6,769 nt of DNA, taken from the IMG/VR virus record IMGVR_UViG_2617270964_000002; one strand, written 5' to 3'. Source of the DNA: a virus (lineage: Duplodnaviria; Heunggongvirae; Uroviricota; Caudoviricetes). Below are positions 1 through 6,651 of the stretch, piece after piece. The notes under the pieces were generated by a model. That model did not search any database, was not told the origin of the DNA, and saw only the letters and a list, made by a program, of their open reading frames with translations. The stretch's first letter is position 1; each line of letters opens with the position of its first letter. The position numbers and the translations under genes are program-made.

Positions 1-1098
1 ATGCTGAAGCAGTTCCGTACTGACCTTTCCGGATTTAACGCGCAGTGCCATGGCGGCAGTGCTGCAGTTATACCGTGGATTTGTGGCGACACGACGTATT
101 ACTGGAAAAACACATACGGCACACAGTATGACTCCGTCTACGGCGCGTACAAAAACAGGGAGAGCGACAACGTTTTCTTTGTGCCGTTCATGACCGACGG
201 TAACGGCAACAACACGCCCACCAACTTACCGGCAGAAGACCCGGATATTGCTGATGCAGGTTATTACGGCGCGCAATCCCGTAGTAATGGTAATTGGGTA
301 TCGTCAAATCGTCCGACACATTTCAGTTCATGGGCGCGCAGGGGCATTATTTCGGATCGCCTGGCAACCGCTATTCTGAACGCAGTTGGTCGAACCAGCG
401 CCTTCATCAGCGGTACCGCACCGGAGATTAAACCCTCGCCCGGCGGCGACACGCCATCGGGGCCGTCTGATGGTGACACATCCGTTCGTACAGTCTCCCT
501 GCTGCCGACAGCCGGAGAGGCTGCTGCGCAGGGCTGGACCATCACCGGCGGCAGTGTTGCGCTGGAAGATGGTGTGTTTAAGGTTACCAAGCAGAGCAAT
601 AAAACCTGGTCCCTGATGCATCCGGTGGATGACGCAGTCTCCCTGCTGACACGGGGTGGCAGACTGAGCTGTAAGTTTCGACTGTCAGGCGCACTGACCA
701 ACAACCAGTTCGGTCTGGGAATTTATCTGTATACCGATGTAGCGTTACCTGACGTCGTGGTGATGACCGGGACTGGTAACCCGTTCCTGATGTCGTTCTT
801 CACCCAGACCACAGACGGCAAACTGAATCTGATGCATCACAAGAAAGCCGGAAACACAAAGTTGGGCGAGTTCGGGAATTACAGTAACGACTGGCAGACG
901 CTGGAGCTGGTGTTCACCGCCGGCAGTGCCACGGTTACTCCGAAACTGAATGGAGTGGCTGGCCCGGCATTCCAGGTCATAAAAGACAGTCTGACACTGG
1001 GGCTGAATGCGCTGACGTTAACTGATATCACTAAAAATGCCACGTACGGCGTCGATATCGGCAGCCTGGTGCTGGAAATCAATAATCCCGCAGCATAA
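1..1098 (+). CDS. Hypothetical protein, unassigned; possible accessory (moron) gene. N-terminal Tyr/Gly/Asn-rich region, a Pro/Gly/Ser/Asp linker (approx. aa 140-165, SGTAPEIKPSPGGDTPSGPSDGDTS), and a C-terminal region of about 190 aa that looks beta-rich. True start may lie upstream of the window.
   Basis: Uninterrupted 365-codon ORF ending TAA at 1096-1098, only 23 bp before the R start, so co-oriented and probably co-transcribed. Codon usage and GC resemble neighbouring genes. I recognise no family; the ORF begins exactly at base 1, so the N-terminus is uncertain. Confidence 0.55.
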   Translation: MLKQFRTDLSGFNAQCHGGSAAVIPWICGDTTYYWKNTYGTQYDSVYGAYKNRESDNVFFVPFMTDGNGNNTPTNLPAEDPDIADAGYYGAQSRSNGNWVSSNRPTHFSSWARRGIISDRLATAILNAVGRTSAFISGTAPEIKPSPGGDTPSGPSDGDTSVRTVSLLPTAGEAAAQGWTITGGSVALEDGVFKVTKQSNKTWSLMHPVDDAVSLLTRGGRLSCKFRLSGALTNNQFGLGIYLYTDVALPDVVVMTGTGNPFLMSFFTQTTDGKLNLMHHKKAGNTKLGEFGNYSNDWQTLELVFTAGSATVTPKLNGVAGPAFQVIKDSLTLGLNALTLTDITKNATYGVDIGSLVLEINNPAA

Positions 1099-1121
1099 GG
1101 AAGAGCAGGAGAGCAAAACAG

Positions 1122-1589
1122 ATGCTTAAGACAAACAGTCTGCGAGAGTCCATGCTTCATGGGTGTCGGTGGTGCCAGGCTAATCCCGAGAAATTCACCA
1201 TTTTCGTGGAGAGCGGCAACATTGAAACGACCGGGGAAGCGCCCTCGTTTGTTTACCGCTATCAGATGGTGATGTTTGTCATGGATTACGCCGGAGAGCT
1301 GGACGACCTCACGCTGCCGCTGCTGGCGTGGTTATCCGAAAATCAGCCACAGTTGTTGCTCAACCCTGAGCGTAATCAGGACATCAAATTCTCCGCCGTT
1401 ATCAATGACGATGACAGCGCCGATCTCCTGTTTACGCTCCCCCTGCGGGAACGCGTTCGCGTCACGCGCAGCAGTCAGGGCACACCGCAGGCAGAACACC
1501 TGCCGGAGCCAAAACCCCGCCTGCCATCTTCCGAAGGCGACTGGTCGCATATATTCCAGGATGTGACGTGGGGTGAAAGCGATGGATAA
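1122..1589 (+). CDS. R: Tail completion protein, P2 gpR-like
   Basis: 155-aa ORF; ATG at 1122 preceded by AGGAGAG (1107-1113). Translation (MLKTNSLRE...PLLAWLSENQPQLL...) resembles remembered P2 gpR in length and motifs, and it sits directly upstream of the S homologue. Confidence 0.8.
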   Translation: MLKTNSLRESMLHGCRWCQANPEKFTIFVESGNIETTGEAPSFVYRYQMVMFVMDYAGELDDLTLPLLAWLSENQPQLLLNPERNQDIKFSAVINDDDSADLLFTLPLRERVRVTRSSQGTPQAEHLPEPKPRLPSSEGDWSHIFQDVTWGESDG

Positions 1590-2217
1590 GGCATTCACCC
1601 GCGTGGATGAAACCTTTGAGACCATCCGCGACAGCCTGAATCAGCAGGCCATCAATAACATCGCCAGAAAGCTGGCACAGGATTTACGTCGCGCCCAGCA
1701 GGCACGTATCCGGTCACAGAAAGCGCCGGACGGGACCGCATGGACACCACGCAGACGCCGCGTAACCCGGATACAGGAGCGCATTCGCTTTATCTGGAAT
1801 AACGAAGCACGCACGCTGAAAAACTGGCATCACGACACGGGGAAATACGGGCGAACCATTACCGGGTGGGATGAGGATAAAAACAGCATCCGCACGTTTT
1901 ACCGGGATGACATCGACCGTTTTCTGGAAATACGCACCCGGCGCATCAACCAGGACAGCACAAAGCGCGTCCCCATGTTCGTAAAACTGCGCACCGCCCG
2001 CTACCTGAAAGCCCGTGCAGATGCCTCCGGTGTGACGGTGGGTTACAGCGGCGTGGCCGCACGTATTGCACGCGTTCATCAGTTCGGTGAGCGCGATCAG
2101 GTTGCGCCGGGCATTTTCACCGATTACCCGGTACGTGAGCTGCTGGGTATCAGCCAGGCAGATGAGCGCCTGATTTATAACACGGTGCTGGGCCGGATTG
2201 CGGAGGCTGTACGGTGA
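1582..2217 (+). CDS. S: Tail completion / virion morphogenesis protein, P2 gpS-like
   Basis: ORF in frame from GTG 1573; I prefer ATG 1582 (MDKAFTRVDE...), which overlaps the R stop (1587-1589). Translation has motifs I recall from gpS-family proteins (PRRRRV, KLRTARYL, ARIARVHQFG). Start codon choice is uncertain by 9 nt. Confidence 0.8.
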   Translation: MDKAFTRVDETFETIRDSLNQQAINNIARKLAQDLRRAQQARIRSQKAPDGTAWTPRRRRVTRIQERIRFIWNNEARTLKNWHHDTGKYGRTITGWDEDKNSIRTFYRDDIDRFLEIRTRRINQDSTKRVPMFVKLRTARYLKARADASGVTVGYSGVAARIARVHQFGERDQVAPGIFTDYPVRELLGISQADERLIYNTVLGRIAEAVR

Positions 2218-2795
2218 GCGCAGAACTCATGCGACTGCTGAGCAACATCATCCGCACCGGGATCATCTCTGAAGTTGATGAGAAGTCCTGGCGCGTGCGC
2301 GTTCGCAGCGGCGAACTGGAAACAGGCTGGTTGCGCTGGAACACCACGCGCGCGGGAGCCTTCAATGTGTGGCTGCCGCCATCACCAGGCGAACAGGTGG
2401 TAATTGTCTGCATTGGCGGCAACCCGGAAACCGCCATGATAATTGGCAGCCTGTGGAGTGATGCCAGTCCGGCCCCCGGCAAAAGCCTGAAAGAAATCGT
2501 GGTCAGCGCGCCGGATGGCGCGGTGTTCCGCTACGACGCAGACGCTGGCGCACTGAGCGCCAGCGGCATGAAAACAGCCACCCTGCAGGCATCCGTCAGC
2601 GTGACACTGGATACGCCCGTCGTGGAATGCACAAACCTTCTGAGAACAGCGACGCTTGACGTCACAAAAGGGGGAAAGATGAGCGGCAATATCACGCACA
2701 GCGGCGGCAATTTCACCTCAAACGGTATCACAGTGCATACGCATAAACACGGTGGCGTTAAAGGTGGCAGCGATTCGACAGGAGGCCCGCAGTGA
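2214..2795 (+). CDS. V: Baseplate assembly protein V (central spike), P2 gpV-like
   Basis: GTG start at 2214 overlaps the S stop TGA (2215-2217) as GTGA; GGAGG lies 8 nt upstream. Translation (IIRTGIISEVD..., GEQVVIVCIGG..., VECTNLL..., VHTHKHGG) parallels remembered P2 gpV, including the C-terminal His-x-His-x-His motif. Confidence 0.88.
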   Translation: MSAELMRLLSNIIRTGIISEVDEKSWRVRVRSGELETGWLRWNTTRAGAFNVWLPPSPGEQVVIVCIGGNPETAMIIGSLWSDASPAPGKSLKEIVVSAPDGAVFRYDADAGALSASGMKTATLQASVSVTLDTPVVECTNLLRTATLDVTKGGKMSGNITHSGGNFTSNGITVHTHKHGGVKGGSDSTGGPQ

Positions 2796-3142
2796 CAACC
2801 CGCTACACAGGAATGAATCCGGACGGGACGGGAAACCTGAACGATACGGAGCACCTGAAACAGTCAGTCAGGGACATCCTGACCACCCCGCTGGCCAGCC
2901 GGGTTATGCGACGGGAATATGGCAGCCTTGTACCTGATTTGATTGACGAACCCATGAATAACACCACGCGTCTGCAATGCATGAGTGCTGCCGTGATTGC
3001 GCTGACACGATGGGAACCCCGCATTGCCCTGGACGCCATCGACGTTGTCTGGAAGGCAGGAGGCCGCGCCGGGGTGACGCTGTCGGGCACTGTCATGCAG
3101 ACCATGCAGAATGTTGAGTTAACCATCACGCTGAGGGAGTAA
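2792..3142 (+). CDS. W: Baseplate wedge protein W (GPW/gp25 family, related to T4 gp25 and T6SS TssE)
   Basis: GTG start at 2792 overlaps the V stop (2793-2795); AGGAGG at 2779-2784. N-terminus MTTRYTGMN... closely matches my memory of P2 gpW (MTARYLGMN...); internal RVMRREYGS motif; 116 aa. Confidence 0.9.
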   Translation: MTTRYTGMNPDGTGNLNDTEHLKQSVRDILTTPLASRVMRREYGSLVPDLIDEPMNNTTRLQCMSAAVIALTRWEPRIALDAIDVVWKAGGRAGVTLSGTVMQTMQNVELTITLRE

Positions 3143-3145
3143 ATC

Positions 3146-4042
3146 ATGCCTGCTGTTGACCTTTCCCAGTTACCGGAACCCGCCATCATCGCGGAGCCTG
3201 ATTTTGAGGCAATTCTGGCTGACACAAAGGCCATGATGATTGCGTCCTATCCTGCCGAACAGCGTGAAGCCGTCTCCGCCGCGCTGGAGCTGGAATCGGA
3301 ACCCCTGAACGTTATCGCTCAAACCATGTCTTTTCGTGAAATGCTGTTACGCCAGCGGGTTAACGAGGGCGCACGCGCCTGCATGTTAAGCCACGGTTCA
3401 GGGACAAATCTGGACAACCTCGCGGGCAATATGAACACAAAGCGCCTGGTTATCACTCCGGCAACGGATACCACCGACGCGGTGATGGAGAGCGACACCT
3501 CGCTGAGATTGCGGGCGCAGCGGGCGTACGACGGCCTGAGTGTTGCTGGCCCGTCAGGTGCATACGAGTATTTTGCCCGCAGCGCCAGCGGTCTGGTGCG
3601 CGATGCGCGGGCTATCAGTCCGTCTCCGGCCTGTGTGACGGTTTCCATCCTGTCCACTGAAGGAGACGGCACAGCAACGGAGGCGTTGCTTAATACCGTT
3701 CGCGCCGTTCTGAATGCAGAGGATACCCGCCCGGTGGCCGACCGCCTTACTGTACAGAGCGCCAGAATCGTGACATGGCGGCTGAATGCAAAACTGTACT
3801 TTTACCCCGGCCCGGAATCCGAACCTATTCTGGCCGCGGCGGAATCGTCATTCAGGAAGTGGCTGGCTGAACAGGGGCTTATCGGTCAGGACGTGGCGTT
3901 GTCCGCCATTGCTGCCGCACTTCATGTGCACGGCGTGCAACGCGTGGAGATAATCGAACCCACACAGAATATGGCCATCAGCGACATACAGGCGGCGCGC
4001 TGTGAGTCATTTACCATCAGCGAAGGTGGGCGCAATGAGTAA
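3146..4042 (+). CDS. J: Baseplate assembly protein J (T4 gp6 / TssF-like)
   Basis: ATG 3146 with GGGAG 7 nt upstream; 298 aa. Translation (MPAVDLSQLPEP..., ESEPL..., RPVADRLTVQSA..., HVHGVQRVE) tracks remembered P2 gpJ along its length. Confidence 0.9.
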   Translation: MPAVDLSQLPEPAIIAEPDFEAILADTKAMMIASYPAEQREAVSAALELESEPLNVIAQTMSFREMLLRQRVNEGARACMLSHGSGTNLDNLAGNMNTKRLVITPATDTTDAVMESDTSLRLRAQRAYDGLSVAGPSGAYEYFARSASGLVRDARAISPSPACVTVSILSTEGDGTATEALLNTVRAVLNAEDTRPVADRLTVQSARIVTWRLNAKLYFYPGPESEPILAAAESSFRKWLAEQGLIGQDVALSAIAAALHVHGVQRVEIIEPTQNMAISDIQAARCESFTISEGGRNE

Positions 4043-4643
4043 TTCACTGTTACCGCCATCAGCCAGCAGTTTCATGCGTTGTGCCGAAGCCGTCGGAACA
4101 CGCATTACAGACATTCCGGTAGACCTCAATACGCTGTGGTCGCCGGATACCTGCCCGGTGCATCTGCTGCCTTATCTCGCCTGGGCGTTTTCCGTTGACC
4201 GCTGGGATCGCAACTGGCCGGAAGAGACAAAGCGACAGGTAATTCGTGATGCATGGCTGATACACCGACACAAAGGGACCATCAGCGCACTGCGAAGAGC
4301 CGTGGAGCCTCTCGGCTACCTGATTGAAGTAAAGGAGTGGTGGCAACTCAACGAGGAGCCAGGAACATTTCGCATTGTTGTCGGAGTACTTGATCAGGGC
4401 ATCACCGATGAAATGTATCAGGAACTTGAGCGCCTTGTTGCGGATGCAAAACCAGTAAGTCGCCATCTGACGGGGCTGGCGATCAGCCTGAGTGTGAACG
4501 GAAAGATTTTCGTTGGTACGGGATGCTATCACGGCGATGCCCTGACGGTTTATCCCTACACCCCGGAGTCCATTATTGTCGAAGGGGATTATTTCCCTGC
4601 CCCGGCCATTCATTTAATTGATAATCTGAGAGTAAACGCATGA
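4035..4643 (+). CDS. I: Baseplate/tail protein I (TssG-like)
   Basis: ORF opens at 4002 but the likely start is ATG 4035 (MSNSLLP...), overlapping the J stop at 4040-4042. The motif LLPYLAWAFSVDRWD and HRHKGTISALRR match the gpI family as I remember it. Confidence 0.88.
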   Translation: MSNSLLPPSASSFMRCAEAVGTRITDIPVDLNTLWSPDTCPVHLLPYLAWAFSVDRWDRNWPEETKRQVIRDAWLIHRHKGTISALRRAVEPLGYLIEVKEWWQLNEEPGTFRIVVGVLDQGITDEMYQELERLVADAKPVSRHLTGLAISLSVNGKIFVGTGCYHGDALTVYPYTPESIIVEGDYFPAPAIHLIDNLRVNA

Positions 4644-6238
4644 CAGTGAAATACTACGCCATTCTGACTAATCAGGGCGCAGCACGACTGGCTAACGCGA
4701 CGATGCTCGGCAGTAAGCTGAATCTGACGCAAATGGCCGTTGGTGATGCAAATGGTGTGTTACCAACACCAGACCCTGCACAAACAAAACTGATTAACCA
4801 GAAACGCATTGCACCGCTGAATCTTCTGAGTGTTGACCCTAACAATCAGAGCCAGATTATTGCGGAGCAAATCATCCCTGAAAACGAGGGAGGATTCTGG
4901 ATCCGTGAGATTGGTCTTTATGATGATGAAGGTGTACTCATTGCGGTGGCAAACTGCCCGGAAACGTACAAACCGCAGTTGCAGGAAGGCAGTGGACGCA
5001 CCCAGACTATCCGCATGATTCTGGTTGTCACGAACACCGAAGCCATCACGCTGAAAATCGACCCGTCTGTGGTTCTGGCAACCCGCAAATATGTGGATGA
5101 TAAAATCTCAGAGCACGAACAGTCACGACGTCACCCGGACGCCTCGCTGACCGCAAAAGGTTTTACTCAGTTAAGCAGTGCAATTAACAGTGAATCAGAA
5201 ACACTGGCCGCAACACCGAAAGCAGTTAAGGCTGCATATGACCTGGCTGACGGGAAATATACCGCCCAGAACGCCACCACAACACAAAAAGGGATTGTTC
5301 AGCTCAGTAGCGCCACGAACAGCACGTCTGAAACGCTGGCAGCGACACCAAAAGCTGTTAAGGCGGTAATGGATGAAACGAGCAAGAAAGCACCATTAAA
5401 CAGCCCGGCACTGACCGGAACGCCAACAACACCAACAGCGCCACAGGGGACTAATAGTACCCAGATCGCAAGCACGGCTTTCGTTATGGCCGCGATTGCC
5501 GCACTTGTAGATTCGTCACCTGATGCACTGAACACGCTGAACGAACTGGCTGCGGCGCTGGGCAATGACCCGAATTTTGCGACCACCATGACTAACGCGC
5601 TTGCGGGTAAGCAACCGAAGGATGCCACCCTGACGGCGCTGGCGGAGCTTGCTACATCAGCAGATAAACTCCCATATTTTACAGGAGCAGATCGTGCCGC
5701 GTTAACCGCGTTGACAAGTGTTGGACGTGCCATTCTTGGTAAAACCAGCACTCAGGGAGTTCTTGATTACCTTCATTTGGAAGAAACGGTAAAACAGGCC
5801 GCTGGAGCGATGCAGAAAAGTGCAAACGGTGGTGATATTCAGAATGTGGCCGCTTTCAGAAATGCCCTTCAGCTTGGTACGGCGGCACTGGCCTCTATGG
5901 GAGTGGGAAAAAATCAGGTATTGAGTGCATCAGATTTCTCTTTCTTCGCCGGTGGAAATGGCTATTTGTATATTCCTTGTCTTGCAACCACAGATAATCC
6001 GGTAAAGATAATGCTGCAGTGGGGAACCATACGGACACGCGGCGGAGAGAATAATATCTACAACCTGCCCTATGCATTTCCAACCGCAGGTCTGTGGGCT
6101 ATGGGATGCAGAGCAGCGAATGGCTACAGCCAGTCAATGAATGTCAGTATAGAAAATCGGTCTCAAATCAGGATCCAAAACTGGGCGCCAGCAGGGGCGG
6201 TAGAAGATTGCTGTTTCTTCGCTGTGGGGTATTTATGA
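4640..6238 (+). CDS. H: Tail fiber protein H: conserved P2 gpH-like N-terminal shaft (approx. aa 1-375) fused to a shorter, AT-richer C-terminal distal domain
   Basis: ATG 4640 overlaps the I stop as ATGA. 532 aa. N-terminus (MTVKYYAILTNQGAARLA...MAVGD...GGFWIREIGLYDDEGVLIAVAN...) and the repeated LSSA(T/I)NS(T/E)SETLAATPKAVKA motif are hallmarks of P2 H / Mu S-type tail fibers. The C-terminal part of roughly 150 aa has no resemblance I recognise, as expected for a receptor-binding tip. Confidence 0.9.
   Translation: MTVKYYAILTNQGAARLANATMLGSKLNLTQMAVGDANGVLPTPDPAQTKLINQKRIAPLNLLSVDPNNQSQIIAEQIIPENEGGFWIREIGLYDDEGVLIAVANCPETYKPQLQEGSGRTQTIRMILVVTNTEAITLKIDPSVVLATRKYVDDKISEHEQSRRHPDASLTAKGFTQLSSAINSESETLAATPKAVKAAYDLADGKYTAQNATTTQKGIVQLSSATNSTSETLAATPKAVKAVMDETSKKAPLNSPALTGTPTTPTAPQGTNSTQIASTAFVMAAIAALVDSSPDALNTLNELAAALGNDPNFATTMTNALAGKQPKDATLTALAELATSADKLPYFTGADRAALTALTSVGRAILGKTSTQGVLDYLHLEETVKQAAGAMQKSANGGDIQNVAAFRNALQLGTAALASMGVGKNQVLSASDFSFFAGGNGYLYIPCLATTDNPVKIMLQWGTIRTRGGENNIYNLPYAFPTAGLWAMGCRAANGYSQSMNVSIENRSQIRIQNWAPAGAVEDCCFFAVGYL
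5156..5368 (+). repeat. Tandem intragenic repeat inside H: two 27-aa cores (KGFTQLSSAINSESETLAATPKAVKAA and KGIVQLSSATNSTSETLAATPKAVKAV) spaced 132 bp apart
   Basis: Read directly from sequence: cores at 5156-5236 and 5288-5368, 22/27 aa identical, with many synonymous codon differences (e.g. tta agc agt vs ctc agt agc for LSS). Confidence 0.85.
5760..5785. other. Candidate Hin/Gin/Cin/Pin-type invertase crossover site (26 bp imperfect dyad TTCTTGATTACC-TT-CATTTGGAAGAA); speculative
   Basis: TTCTT-N16-AAGAA dyad of the same length and outer sequence as the hix/gix consensus (TTCTTGAAAACC-AA-GGTTTTTGATAA as I recall it). It lies at the point in H where the conserved shaft ends and composition drops. 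The partner site would lie outside the window, so it cannot be confirmed here. Confidence 0.25.
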
Positions 6239-6651
6239 ATAAATTTTATCAGGGTGTTTTTTATCCGGAAGCACTTAAAGATGCCTATGTTTCTGCCGGA
6301 ACGTGGCCGGAACATGCTGCCGATGTGAGTGATGAGGCAATGGCTGTTTATAGCCAGTACCCACCGGAAGGGAAAATGCTGGGAACGGATAATAATGGTT
6401 ATCCTGTGTGGGTTGACATCCCCTCCCTGTCGCCTGAAGAACGAGTTGCCCGGGCTGAGCAAACACGACGTGATTTACGTACGCGGGCGGATTCTGAAAT
6501 AGCCTGGCGACAGGATGCTGTTGACGCGGATATCGCGACGGATGAGGAAACCGCCGCGTTGTCTGAGTGGAAGAAGTACCGGGTACTGTTAATGCGGGTT
6601 GATACAGCAAAACCCGTATGGCCTACACCTCCGGGGGAACAGGCCAGTTAA
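6235..6651 (+). CDS. tfa: Tail fiber assembly protein (Tfa; P2 gpG / Mu U-like chaperone)
   Basis: ATG 6235 overlaps the H stop (6236-6238) as ATGA; 138 aa. C-terminus carries the Tfa signature (DEETAALSEWKKYRVLLMRVDTAKPVWPTPP), comparable to the ...W..Y.VL..RVD...P.WP ending of remembered gpG. The listed ORF start at 6094 is an out-of-frame overlap with H and is not used. Confidence 0.8.
   Translation: MNKFYQGVFYPEALKDAYVSAGTWPEHAADVSDEAMAVYSQYPPEGKMLGTDNNGYPVWVDIPSLSPEERVARAEQTRRDLRTRADSEIAWRQDAVDADIATDEETAALSEWKKYRVLLMRVDTAKPVWPTPPGEQAS

Noticed and set aside
264-704. Antisense ORFs (264-704 and 328-621 on the - strand, 386-616 on + in another frame) inside the first CDS
   Set aside because: They lie entirely within a longer, better-supported + strand ORF in GC-rich sequence, have no ribosome-binding context, and their translations are low-complexity Arg/Pro/Ala-rich. 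Typical shadow ORFs.
1573-1581. GTG at 1573 as the S start (as in the ORF track)
   Set aside because: Possible, but the ATG at 1582 has better spacing from the upstream purine-rich stretch. The difference is 3 codons and is left as an uncertainty.
1276-1625. Alternative-frame ORFs overlapping R (1276-1566 +, 1332-1625 -)
   Set aside because: Embedded in the R/S coding region, whose translations match known tail completion proteins; no independent support.
2030-2213. Possible Ogr/Delta-type late promoter (TGT-N12-ACA) upstream of V, as in P2 P_V
   Set aside because: I scanned the 3' end of S and found no TGT-N12-ACA dyad with correct spacing (the nearest is TGT-N11-ACA at about 2030-2046); no promoter is called.
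2150-2854. Several - strand ORFs (2150-2482, 2382-2699, 2531-2854) and a + ORF (2752-2937) across V/W
   Set aside because: All are nested in or out of frame with the V and W homologues, whose identity is supported by P2-like sequence; Cys/Pro/Arg-rich nonsense translations.
4002-4034. Upstream ATG (4002) as the start of gene I
   Set aside because: It would overlap the end of J by 41 nt and adds an N-terminal extension absent from gpI as I recall it; ATG 4035 (MSNSLLP...) gives the expected ATGAGTAA-type junction with J.
4059-4613. 184-aa - strand ORF inside gene I
   Set aside because: Fully antisense to a conserved baseplate gene; no homology signal; shadow ORF.
5299-5751. 150-aa Ala/Ser/Val-rich - strand ORF inside H
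   Set aside because: Antisense to the Ala/Thr/Ser-rich shaft region of H; low-complexity translation produced by the sense-strand composition.
6160-6190. ATCCAAAAC element (caaatcaggatccaaaactgggcgcc) resembling a gix half-site near the end of H
   Set aside because: Only a single half-site-like match with no dyad partner at the right spacing, and it would leave about 20 codons of variable H, which is implausible for a host-range cassette.
6094-6234. Long form of tfa starting at 6094, and - strand ORFs 6163-6462 and 6275-6610
   Set aside because: The 6094 start overlaps 145 nt of H in another frame and prepends a sequence with no Tfa resemblance; the ATG at 6235 gives the ATGA junction with H and a typical Tfa N-terminus (MNKFYQG...). 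The - strand ORFs are antisense shadows.
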